DNA of 64,000 nt, taken from assembly GCA_963785305.1 (NCBI GenBank), contig CAWAUV010000008.1, forward strand, positions 928,001 through 992,000, in the 5' to 3' direction. Below the pieces are notes generated by a model, which ran no database searches, was not told where the DNA came from, and saw nothing but the letters and a program-made list of their open reading frames with translations. Source of the DNA: an uncultured Planctomycetaceae bacterium. Its GTDB lineage: Bacteria > Planctomycetota > Planctomycetia > Pirellulales > PALSA-1355. The translations under genes were made by a program, and so were the position numbers. Positions 22,757 to 32,628 of this stretch are shown here, in pieces. Position 1 is the stretch's first letter. The number at the start of each line of letters is the position of its first letter.

Positions 22757-23134
22757 ATGATGACTGGGGAGTTCGTGTGTCTGTTGGCCGACGCCGCCGA
22801 GGGCCCCGCCGCGCCCGACGCGCAGCCGAGCCCCTTCACGGGCATGTTGCCGGCCCTGGTCGGCATGATGGTCTTGTTCTACTTTTTGATTCTCCGGCCC
22901 GAGAAAAAACGGGCCGGCTCGGTCAAGACGATGCGCGAGGCGCTCAAGAAAAACGACCGGGTGCTCACCTCGGCCGGCATCTACGGAGTGGTGACGAATA
23001 TCCAACGCGAAAGCAATGAAGTCACGATCAAGGTCGACGAAGCCACGAACGCCAAACTGCGCGTGACGCTGGAGTCGATTGTGCGCGTGATCGGCGACAC
23101 GCCCGCCGAAGAAGGCGGATCGACGGGCGCTTAA
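22757..23134 (+). CDS. yajC: Preprotein translocase subunit YajC
   Basis: FYFLILRP...LKKNDRVLTSAGIYG; upstream of secDF. Confidence 0.92.
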   Translation: MMTGEFVCLLADAAEGPAAPDAQPSPFTGMLPALVGMMVLFYFLILRPEKKRAGSVKTMREALKKNDRVLTSAGIYGVVTNIQRESNEVTIKVDEATNAKLRVTLESIVRVIGDTPAEEGGSTGA

Positions 23135-23382
23135 GGAACCGCATGGCTCGCGGCGTCGGCGAGAAGCCAGCGCCGCTCGGCGCGGCCATCGATCGAAACG
23201 CCGCCCATCGACATAGAAAACCCCCTTTCCGCCCGCCGCGCGCGATTGGAGCCGAGCCTGCTCCGATCGGGGCGCCCAAGCGGTCCGGACAACCTCGCGG
23301 CGCGGCAGGCTCCACGAGAGCGAACGCCGGCGGCCCTCCACCAACGATTTATTGAGCTTAAGGAATTAGAAAGTAGGTTCCC

Positions 23383-26300
23383 ATGGTCGATTTTGGAGGG
23401 ATGTTGCTCGCCGAAGCAGCTGCCGGGGCCGAGCCCATGACCCTGACCGCCAAGGCGGTCATTGTGTTCATCGTGGCGACCGTCACCATCGCGCTGAGCT
23501 ATGCGGCGGCCGAGAAGCTGCGAATGCCCGACCAAGGCGGCCGAATCGCGCTGGTTCTCTCGACCCTCACGCTGGCCCTGGCGATTTGCTATCTCGACTG
23601 GCCGCCGAAAAAAGGCATCGACCTAAGCGGCGGCGTGGTGCTGATCTACGAAGTCGACCGCTCGCAGCAACAGGCCGAAGGCACGCGAAACGCGGTGAAG
23701 GTGATCAACGATCGGCTCGAGCGACTGCATGACACCGGCGCCAGCGTGAGCGTCAATTCCAAGTACCAAATCGAAGTCAGCGTGCCCGAGAAAGACCAGG
23801 AACGGGCCGTGGTTGATCAGATCGCGGCGATTCAAAGCCCGGCGTTTACGCTGACTCCGGCCGGCAAGGCCGGCGAGGGCGACCGCCGCAAATTGATCTA
23901 CGACTTCCATCAAGACGACAAAGTCTTGAACATGGAATCGCTGATCTCGGCCGTGACCAAGCGCATCAACCCGACCGGCGTGCTCGAAGTGACCGTGCGC
24001 TCGTTCGGCTCCGATCAACTGGAAATCATTATTCCCGATGTCGATACCCGCAGCGCCGAAGACATCAAACGCAAGATCAGCACCAGCGGGTTGCTCGAGT
24101 TTTGGATTCTCGCCGACCGCAGCCAAGCCTCGGATCGCCGCTTGATCGATGTCGCCGAGCGAACCACGGGCCGCGAAGTCTTCGACCATGGCCGCATCGA
24201 GGGCCGCTGGGTCGTGGTCGACCGGCCCGGCGTGATCGGCGGCAACGATGTCACGCGTCAAAGTCCGAATCGCGGAACCGAAGTGCTGGTGCGCGTCGAG
24301 CCGACACCGCCCAATGGCCACGATCCGAACGTCAAGGGCAAGGACCTGGCGCATGCTAGCGCCGAGCGTGGTTTGGAAGGTCCCACGGTGAACTTCTCGC
24401 TCACCAGCGAGGGCGCCGGCAAGTTTGGCCGATTGACCGATAAGTACAAGGAAAACGAGCAAACCCACACCACGCGTCGGCTCGGGATCGTATTCGACGA
24501 CCACTTGCTCAGCGCCCCGGTGATTCGGAGCAGAATTTCCGACAACGGTCAGATCACCGGCGGCTTTTCCGACAAGGAAGTCAATTTCCTGGTCGAGATG
24601 CTCAATGCCGGCAGCTTGCCCGCGGCGCTCAGCCCCGAACCGGTGAGCCAACAGGTGATCAGCGCCCAACTGGGCGAGGAGACCGTGGTCAAGGGCAGCA
24701 ACGCGATGGTCGTCTCGACGATCTGCGTGCTCATCTTCATGCTCGTCTATTATCGCTTCGCCGGAATCGTGGCCGACGTGGCGGTGCTCATGAACATGGT
24801 GCTGACCATGGCCCTGATGCTGATGGTAAACGCCGCGATCACCCTGCCCGGTCTCGCCGGCTTCGTGCTCACCGTGGGCATGGCGGTCGACGCCAATGTG
24901 CTGATCTACGAGCGGATGCGCGAGGAATCCGTCAAGGGCGCCTCGCTGCGCATGACGATTCGCAACGGCTTCCATCGAGCGATGTCCACCATTATCGACT
25001 CGCACATCACGACCGTCATCTCCGGCATCGTGCTGTTCGTCGTCGGCACCGATCAAATCAAAGGCTTCGCCGTCACGCTCGTGCTCGGCCTGGTTTGCAG
25101 CTTGTACACCGCCGTGTACGTGGCCCGGGTCATCTTCGACATTGCCGAGCGCAAGCGATGGCTCACGCAACTCAGAATGATGCAGTTCATCGGCGACACG
25201 AACATCAACTTCGTGCGCTGGCGCGGTCCGGCGATCGCCGCCTCGCTGGTCGTGATCGCCATTGGCATGGTGGCGGTCGTGAGCCGCGGGGCGGGCCTCT
25301 TGGATATCGACTTCACCGGCGGTTCATCGGTGCAGGCCCTGTTCGACCAGCCCAAGCATATCGCCGACGTGCGGCACGAGCTTTCGGACTTGAGCGATCT
25401 GGCGGTAAGCAGCGTGGGCGACAAGGGCGTTGAGTTCAAGATCGACACCTCGGAGCCGGATATCCACGAAGTGGAGCGCAAGATCACCGCGACCTTCGGC
25501 AAGGAACTGGCCTATTACCGCATGAACTTCAGCGATCTGAAGCCCTACGAGGAATCCGCGAAGCCGGCCGCTCCCGCGGCGCCTGCGAACAAGACCCCCG
25601 CCGCGAAATCGGAACCCGGCCCGAAAAGCGAACCGAGCGCGGAGAACAAAGCGTCTGAAAGCAAAGCGCCTGAGAACAAAGCGCCTGAAAGCGCGATGCC
25701 CGACAAGAACGAGCCGGAAAAGAAGGATACTGAAACCAAAACGCCCGAAAGCGGCGCCGCGCCGACTTCGGAAAAACAAGGAGCCGTGGGGCGCGTGACG
25801 GCGCGCCTGGTCTCGTGGCCCCAGCGCGCGGCTCTGGCTCACGTGGCCCTGGCCGCGGCCGATTCCGAGTCGCCGGCCACGGCGGCGCCCTCGGAAGCCA
25901 AGCCCGAGGCCGCAAGCGCGGCGGCATCGCCCGAGGCCGCGAAAGCGTCCGAATCCAACGCGCCTGAATCGAACGCGACGAAACCCGAGGCGACTCAACC
26001 GGAAGCAACGAAGCCGGAAACGACGAAGCCGGAAGCGGCCGAGTCAAAACCCGAGGCGCCGGAGTCCAAACCCGCCGAGCCGGCCCCGCCCACCAAGGGC
26101 GTCACGACCGAGCTCGATTTTCCCCAGCCGATTTCCTATGTCGTGCTCGAGCGCATCTTCGAGGAGCAACTCAAGAAACAAGGCCACGAAGACACGCGTT
26201 TCGAATTGCTCAATCCCGATTACAAGCTCGGCAGCAGCCTCGCCTACAAAAACTGGACACTCCGGATAATGCTGCCGGAAAATGAAACCCATTCGCTGCT

Positions 26301-26976
26301 GGAAAACATTCAAGCGACATTGAAAGCGCGGCCGGTGTTTCCGTCGTCGAATCAAATCGGCGGCAAAGTGGCCGGTCAGGCGAAGAATAGCGCGGTGTAT
26401 GCGCTGCTCGCGGCGATGGCGATGATCGTGATCTACATTTGGATTCGGTTCCAAAATGTGATGTTCGGCTTTGCCGCCGTGTTGGCCTTGCTGCACGATG
26501 TGTTGGTGACCGTGGGTTTCCTGGCCTTGAGCACTTGGCTCGCGCCGGTGTTTGGCTTCTTGCAGGTCGAGGATTTCAAGATCAGCCTCTCGGTCGTGGC
26601 GGCGTTGCTCACGATCGTCGGCTATTCGATCAACGACACGATCGTGATCTTCGATCGCATCCGCGAGATTCGCGGCAAGAGCACCGACCTCAACGAAACG
26701 ATGATCAACTTGAGCGTCAACCAGACCCTCGGCCGCACGCTGCTCACCAGCGGCACCGTGCTCATCGGCACGGTCATCCTCTACTTCGCTGGCGGCCAAG
26801 GTATCCACGCCTTCGCCTTCGCGATGCTCGTCGGGTTGGTCTCGGGCACTTATAGCACCGTGTACATTGCCTCGCCGGTGCTGTTGTGGCTCCGCAAGAG
26901 CGACGACGGAAAGAGCGGCTCGGGCAACCGCCAGCGCGGCGTGGCGGTGACCGGCTCGCGAAAAGCGACCGGCTAG
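23383..26976 (+). CDS. secDF: Fused protein translocase SecD-SecF
   Basis: GIDLSGG, AGSLP, GMAVDANVLIYERMREE, DIDFTGG, GYSINDTIVIFDRIRE, GTYSTVYIA. Confidence 0.95.
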   Translation: MVDFGGMLLAEAAAGAEPMTLTAKAVIVFIVATVTIALSYAAAEKLRMPDQGGRIALVLSTLTLALAICYLDWPPKKGIDLSGGVVLIYEVDRSQQQAEGTRNAVKVINDRLERLHDTGASVSVNSKYQIEVSVPEKDQERAVVDQIAAIQSPAFTLTPAGKAGEGDRRKLIYDFHQDDKVLNMESLISAVTKRINPTGVLEVTVRSFGSDQLEIIIPDVDTRSAEDIKRKISTSGLLEFWILADRSQASDRRLIDVAERTTGREVFDHGRIEGRWVVVDRPGVIGGNDVTRQSPNRGTEVLVRVEPTPPNGHDPNVKGKDLAHASAERGLEGPTVNFSLTSEGAGKFGRLTDKYKENEQTHTTRRLGIVFDDHLLSAPVIRSRISDNGQITGGFSDKEVNFLVEMLNAGSLPAALSPEPVSQQVISAQLGEETVVKGSNAMVVSTICVLIFMLVYYRFAGIVADVAVLMNMVLTMALMLMVNAAITLPGLAGFVLTVGMAVDANVLIYERMREESVKGASLRMTIRNGFHRAMSTIIDSHITTVISGIVLFVVGTDQIKGFAVTLVLGLVCSLYTAVYVARVIFDIAERKRWLTQLRMMQFIGDTNINFVRWRGPAIAASLVVIAIGMVAVVSRGAGLLDIDFTGGSSVQALFDQPKHIADVRHELSDLSDLAVSSVGDKGVEFKIDTSEPDIHEVERKITATFGKELAYYRMNFSDLKPYEESAKPAAPAAPANKTPAAKSEPGPKSEPSAENKASESKAPENKAPESAMPDKNEPEKKDTETKTPESGAAPTSEKQGAVGRVTARLVSWPQRAALAHVALAAADSESPATAAPSEAKPEAASAAASPEAAKASESNAPESNATKPEATQPEATKPETTKPEAAESKPEAPESKPAEPAPPTKGVTTELDFPQPISYVVLERIFEEQLKKQGHEDTRFELLNPDYKLGSSLAYKNWTLRIMLPENETHSLLENIQATLKARPVFPSSNQIGGKVAGQAKNSAVYALLAAMAMIVIYIWIRFQNVMFGFAAVLALLHDVLVTVGFLALSTWLAPVFGFLQVEDFKISLSVVAALLTIVGYSINDTIVIFDRIREIRGKSTDLNETMINLSVNQTLGRTLLTSGTVLIGTVILYFAGGQGIHAFAFAMLVGLVSGTYSTVYIASPVLLWLRKSDDGKSGSGNRQRGVAVTGSRKATG

Positions 26977-27011
26977 TGCTTTGTCACGGCTGAAATGATA
27001 GGTAACCCCGT

Positions 27012-27094
27012 GTGCCACGCCCACGCCCAGCGTGGGCATGTTTTCGAGCGCCACGCGGAGTCCTCATGCCCACGCGGGGCCGTGGGCATGGAAC
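27012..27094. repeat. REP doublet (REPIN-like) between convergent secDF and pdc
   Basis: GTGCCACGCCCACGCCCAGCGTGGGCATG and CATGCCCACGCGGGGCCGTGGGCATGGAAC. Confidence 0.8.
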
Positions 27095-27165
27095 ACGGAA
27101 CGAATCCAATTCGTCATTTCAACGGGCTGCTAGCGCAAATGCCGTGGGCAATGGCGCGCGAGTGT

Positions 27166-28879
27166 TCAAGAATTTCCGCTGGTTTGCCGCGGCGGTCGGC
27201 CGTTGGCTTGGGCGACGTGGCTACCCCACTCGCGCAGCTCCTCGCTGCAGTCGTGGGGGTCGATCGGAACCTCGATCAGGCACGGACCTTCGTGGGCAAG
27301 CGCTCGCTCCACGGCCCGGTCTAATTCACCGACGGTCGAGGCGCAGTCCCAGCCCGGCGCCATCGTCGGCGTTAAAGACCTTCATCAGCCCGGCGTAGTC
27401 CCAGTTCTTGATGCGGTTGTAGGGGCCGTCGTGGATCTCGGCCTCGATCGTGTAGCCGCGGTTGTTCAGCAGCACGATGATCGGCTTGGTCCCGTGCCGC
27501 ACCATCGTCGAGACCTCCTGCGCGGTCAACTGAAACGAACCATCGCCGATCATCGCGATCACGCGTGTCGGACTCGCGCAGCCCAGTTCGTAGCCCAACG
27601 TGGCGGGGCAACACCAGCCGATCGAGCCGGCTTGGAACTGAATCTCGAATCGGGCGCCGCGAGGCAGCTTCATCTTTAGCCCGTTGAACCACGAGTCGCC
27701 CGTTTCCACCAACAGCGCCGTGCGTTCGCCCAGCAACGACTGCACCTTGGCGACCACCGCGCGCATCGTTAGCGGACTGTCGGGCGCGCCGGACGCGCCG
27801 GCGACCGGCGCCAAGCCAGTCCGGCCGCGAGCAAACGATTCGAGCGAGGTTCGGTTCGGTCGAACCTTCTCGGCCAGCGCCGCCAGAAAATCAGCGAGGG
27901 CGATGCCCGTGTAGCAGGCCCCGGGGAGGCGAACCTCATCGGGCCCGCCGAGCAGCAGCTTCTTCGGATCGATCAAGGCCGAGTAGCCCGTCGTGGAATA
28001 ATCCGAGAGGATACCGCCGGCGAACAGGTAAGCGTCGGCCGACTCGACCAGCGACGCCACGCCCGGAGAACTGACCGGGCCCCAGTACATGCCGGCGTAG
28101 CTTGGGTGGTCCTCGGGAAACATGCCCTTGGCGGCGGGCTGAACCGCCACGGCATACCCCGCGGCGTCGGCCAACCGGCGAAACGCGGCCTGGACCTCCG
28201 GCGGCCGGAGGCGCGGGCCGGCGACGAGCACCGGCCGGCTGGCGCCTTTCAACAGCCTCGCCGCGTGGGCGACAGCGGCGGCGAGGGCCGATGGGTCGCT
28301 CGGCCAGACAGTCCGGAAGTCGCGAGGCGTCGGGGCGGACGCGTCGAGCGCCGCCAGATTGCAGTCGATCTCGAGGTATACCGGCTTGCGGCGACGCAGG
28401 GCCGTGTCGATGGCCCGATCGATCATCACGGCGGCGTCTTCCAGGCGGTGAATGGCGAAGGCGCCGGCCGTGACATGCTCGTAAATTTGCCGCTGGTAGT
28501 CGTAACGAACTTCGCCCAAGGAGTGATGGATGATGTGCCCGTCGGCTTCCGAATTGCTGTTCACGCCGCCGGAAATAACGATGATCGGCAAGTCTTCGGC
28601 ATAGGCGCAGGCCACGGCGTTCAGGGCGCTGAGCCCGCCGACGCTATACGTCACCACGAGCGCCCCGACCCCATGGGAACGCGCATATCCTTCCGCGGCA
28701 TAGCCCGCATTCAGTTCGTTGCAGCAGCCGATGAACTCCAGGCGGGGGCTCTTCAGCAGTTGGTCAAGCAGCATGAGGTTGAAGTCCCCCGGCACGGCGA
28801 AGTAATGGCGAACCCCCACCTGCTCCAGCCGCCGGGTCAAGTACTCGCCGACCGAACATTGGATTCCGTTGTCTTGCAT
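27166..28879 (-). CDS. pdc: Pyruvate decarboxylase (Zymomonas/Acetobacter type); frameshift near 27340
   Basis: PGDFNL, CCNELNAGYAAEGYAR, IIHH, ETGDSWFN, GDGSFQLTAQE, YTIE, HDGPYNRIKNWDY; C-terminal DCSEELREWGSHVAQANGRPP. Confidence 0.85.
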
Positions 28880-28977
28880 GCCATCGCTCCTTTGAAGAAC
28901 CGAAGAATCCGACTTGTCGACAATATCGCCGCGGCGCTTCGGCGCCGGCCGGTCGTCGAGAACGATGCGAAAGGGAT

Positions 28978-30676
28978 TCACTCGCCGATCGTGAAGTCCT
29001 GGTACTCGGGCGCCCATTGCGTGGATGCGACCCGGGCCCGGAGTTCTTCAGGAGCGGTCTTTGGCGCGACCCCAGCCCGCTGGGCTTCCAGGCCCACGGC
29101 CGTGGCGATCTCGCGGGCCACCGACCGGATGTCCCGCAGCGCCGGCAGCAGGGAGCCGGCCGGGTCCTTCCGCGCCGGGGACTGTTCGCCCAGCGCCCGA
29201 GCCGCGGCCAGCATCATGCCGTCCGTCACCCGTGTCGCCCCCGACGCGACCACGCCGAGGCCGACCGCCGGGAAGATGAACACATTGTTGCACTGGGCAA
29301 TCGGGATCGTTCGGTCGTCATACCGCACGGGCGCGTAGGGCGATCCAGTGGCGACCAGTGCCCGGCCGCCGGTCCATTGGATCAGGTCGGCGGCGGTGGC
29401 CTCGGAACGGGCCGTCGGGTTCGAAAGGGGGAAAATCACTGGCCGCTCCACCTTGCGGGCCATCTCGCGGACAATCGGCTCGGTGAACGCGCCGCTGACG
29501 GTCGAGAGTCCGATCAAGATGGTCGTCTTGATCTGGCCAATCACATCGGCCAACCCAACGGCGCCCTGCGATGTCCGCGGCCACTTCGCCAAGCGCTCGG
29601 CCGGCTGGGCGTAGACGCGCTGCTCGGGCGACAGGTCGGCGCGACCCGTGTGGAGCAAGCCGTCGCGGTCCACGAGCCAGAACTGGCCGCCCGCCTCGGC
29701 CTCCGAGAGCCCGTCTTGGACCATGGCCGCCCTCAGATAGTCGGCCACGCCGACGCCGGCCGAGCCTGCCCCGAGAAAGACGATCCGTTGGTCGCGAATC
29801 CGCTGGCCCGTCGCGCCCACGGCGCCGAGAATGGCGCCCAGGGCGACGGCCGCGGTGCCTTGGATGTCGTCGTTGAAGGTCAGCAGTTCATCGCGGTAAC
29901 GCTCCAAGATGGGCCGGGCGTGGGGCGTTGCGAAATCCTCCCACTGCAAGCACGCGTTGGGTAGCTCCCGCCGCACGGCCTGGACGAACTGATCGACGAA
30001 GTCGAAGTAAGTCTGGCCGGTAACCCGCTCGTGGCGCCAGCCGAGATACTCGGGATCTTTGAGCCGTTCCGGGTTGTTGGTCCCCACATCCAACATGATC
30101 GGCAATGTGCGCTCGGGGCGGATGCCGCCGATGAGCGTGTACAGCGAGAGCTTGCCGATGGGAATACCCAAGCCGCCGGCTCCCTGGTCGCCGATGCCCA
30201 GAATGCGCTCGCCGTCGGTGACGACGACGACGTCGACCTCCGGGTTCGGGCGGTTTCGCAGCAGCGCGTCGATCGAGTCGCGGAGCGGGTAGGAGACGAA
30301 CAGGCCGCGCGGCCGGCGGTAAATATGGCTGAACCGCTCGCACGCCAGCGCCACCACCGGAGTGTAGACTAGCGGAGTCATCTCTTCGATATGATCAACG
30401 AGCAGCCGGTAGAAGAGGACTTCGTTGTTGTCCTGCAACGCGCAGGTAGATATGCCGCTCCAGGTCATCGTCCTTGCACTGGTAGGCCTCATAAGCGCGC
30501 ACCACCTGATGGTCCAGGGTTTCGACCTGCGGCGGAAGAAGCCCATGCAGCCCGAACCGGCTCCGCTCATCGAGAGTAAACGCCGTGCTCTTGTTGAGGA
30601 TCGGGCACTCGAGGAGGTCGGCGCCGCGCAGGCCACCCGTGGAAGTCGATGGCCGAGGATTTTGGAGCGTGGTCAT
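28978..30676 (-). CDS. maeA: NAD-dependent malic enzyme; frameshift near 30440
   Basis: NKSTAF, GLLPP, VYTP, VTDGERILGIGDQG, QWEDF, FNDDIQGT, GAGSAG, PLSNPT, QCNN. Confidence 0.92.
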
Positions 30677-30802
30677 GGTCGGACTCCTTTCGTGTCGTTT
30701 GCTTCCGCGAAGCCATCCGCGCGCCACGCCGGGCCGCGTGGAGAAGCCGCTTTCGCATGTCCTGGGTTGCCTCGCTCGCCACGCAACCACGAGCCACGTT
30801 GG

Positions 30803-30831
30803 ATATTAGCGGTCGCGTGGCGTGTCGTCCA
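30803..30831 (-). promoter_or_regulatory. Possible sigma70 promoter for mae-pdc
   Basis: TGGACG-N17-TAATAT on the minus strand. Confidence 0.3.
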
Positions 30832-30951
30832 TGACCTTCCAAGCGTGGTAGTGATACCATTTGAAGAAAAGTAATTATTTTCCGTCGAAATCGCGTAATT
30901 TCCCGAATTGGTCTAGGGAAAAGTGGCGACACTACATAGCGGCCGGCGTGG

Positions 30952-31338
30952 CTAGATTTTGAAGATTCGCGCCTTGCCGCTCTGTTGAATCTCGGCGCAT
31001 GTTCCGGCGACTACGTTTGAAGCAAAGGAATCAATGCGTTCCCATCGGTTTATTATCCATCGCGCCTGACCCCAGCCGGCAGGAAACTTTCCCCAAAACG
31101 GACCAAGCCAAAGCGAGATTACGCCGGACTGTCTGATTTCGATTGCTTCGGCCTGCCGTGACCGTTGCTTGTGGTCGTATGTGATATAGACATCGCACAC
31201 GCTCTTAAGTTGCCGCAGAAACAGCGGATCGCCAATGGACTCTGGGAAATGCTCGCGCAACGCGAACGCTTCCACATCAAACGCGCGGAGCATCAGCGGG
31301 AGCTTGGGGGAGAGATTGTTATCGAAGAAGTATTTCAA
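30952..31338 (-). CDS. PIN-like toxin (VapC45-like)
   Basis: FFDNNLS...D...ITYD...E PIN-type acidic pattern; TTG start overlaps the antitoxin TGA. Confidence 0.75.
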   Translation of the reverse strand: MKYFFDNNLSPKLPLMLRAFDVEAFALREHFPESIGDPLFLRQLKSVCDVYITYDHKQRSRQAEAIEIRQSGVISLWLGPFWGKFPAGWGQARWIINRWERIDSFASNVVAGTCAEIQQSGKARIFKI

Positions 31339-32006
31339 GCGGCGAGGGAGCGTTCAAAGGCGACCGCTGCGCGAACGGCAGCGACGGGAATGTTTAGCCA
31401 CCTTGCAACGACGTCGGGACTTTGCCCGCCTCCTGCCTGCACCGCTTCATAGATAACGCTCGTTGAAACGCCAGTCTCGGCGTCGATTGGCTCGCCAAAT
31501 TTTCGCAAGGGGTCCAAGACGATTCGCCCGCGCTTGCGAAGCGGCCAAAATTTGGAAACCGTTTCGTCAGCTCCTCTGTATTCCAGCTTATGGAAAAACG
31601 GGCGCAGAATCGACGTGAAAACCAATTGGCCCTTGGCCAAATCCTCGACGATTACGCCTCTGGAATTCGCCTTGGCGAGCGTCGCGAATACCGTCTTGCC
31701 GTCAGTATCAAACCGCTTCACTGTAAATGGGTATTCGGTGTTGAATTGCTTTGCGGCGGCCCTGGATGCTTTGCGAATTGCCTGGAAAGAGACGCCTTGC
31801 GCGAAATAGCTGAATGAAGTGGACTTCCATCAGCTCGCGAAAGCTCAAGAGCTTTTCGGACTTCGGAAAGTGCCGATGCACGATGCCGCTCTTATCGTTC
31901 AGCCAGCGGCGCACGGTTTCCGGGTACGCACCGAGAGCCGTGAGACATCGGCGATCGAGTACATGCCAACCCCGACGTGCGAATTGGCTTTGGTTTCCGT
32001 GGACAT
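31335..32006 (-). CDS. VapB45-like antitoxin with C-terminal DUF433; frameshifts near 31930 and 31800
   Basis: GMYSIADVSRL...VRRW, LLSFRELMEVHFI, IVLDPLRKFGEP...VARWLNIPVAAVRAAVAFE. Confidence 0.8.
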
Positions 32007-32207
32007 TGCGCGAACCCCGTTAGACGTGGCGGGTCAGAGCAATAGGAGAACCCCGCATTCGAGCATTTTACACCGGCCAGACCACCGCCGCCACAAATCC
32101 GAAAAAGTAATTCGGATGGCGGCCCGCGCCTTGGTGGCGCCGCGGATTTATAATCCGCCCGAGGGACCGGCACAATGCCGGCTGGGTTCGATTCCTCCGC
32201 CTTCCGC

Positions 32208-32408
32208 CTAACGCTTTCGCGTTATGGCCTTCACAAGCCGTCTGACAGCTTCCGTAACGGCCACAGAGCGGTTCCATCCCCTTTGCTCCGCGCCAGCATC
32301 AAGCTGTTCCATTAGCGACGCTGGCACGGACACCGTAACCAAGATCGTTGGCCCATCGGGGCCTGGCTTGCGCCCAGCGCCCGGCCGGCTTCCCCCGCGT
32401 GGCGACAT
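32208..32408 (-). CDS. Small ribbon-helix-helix (CopG-like) DNA-binding protein
   Basis: RGGSRPGAGRK leader, VTVSVP strand, LMEQLD helix, NRSVAVTEAV helix. Confidence 0.75.
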   Translation of the reverse strand: MSPRGGSRPGAGRKPGPDGPTILVTVSVPASLMEQLDAGAEQRGWNRSVAVTEAVRRLVKAITRKR

Positions 32409-32444
32409 TTTTTCAGTCCTTTGAAAAACATACAGGAATTCGTA

Positions 32445-32472
32445 TTGACGCGGCCGATTGAATGACTATAAT
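32445..32472 (+). promoter_or_regulatory. Sigma70 promoter for the transposase
   Basis: TTGACG-N16-TATAAT. Confidence 0.7.
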
Positions 32473-32498
32473 CAAATCCGTTCGGGGCGACAAGCCCC

Positions 32499-32582
32499 AA
32501 ATAAAAAACCCCGGTTCAACCCTGGCAGGCTGAATCGGGGCGAAAGAACAAACCGGCGGCAAGCGCCAGACTGTCCCCTATC
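32499..32582 (-). ncRNA. Predicted antisense RNA (about 80 nt) to the transposase leader
   Basis: Lies between a minus-strand promoter (32589-32616) and a GC hairpin (32509-32540) followed by TTTTTTATTT on the minus strand. Confidence 0.45.
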
Positions 32583-32588
32583 AAGACC

Positions 32589-32616
32589 AGTCTACCACGC
32601 GAGCCGCCCCAGTCAA
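32589..32616 (-). promoter_or_regulatory. Antisense sigma70 promoter overlapping the transposase translation-initiation region
   Basis: TTGACT-N16-TAGACT with TG at the extended -10 position. Confidence 0.55.
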
Positions 32617-32628
32617 AAGGGGCTTTCT

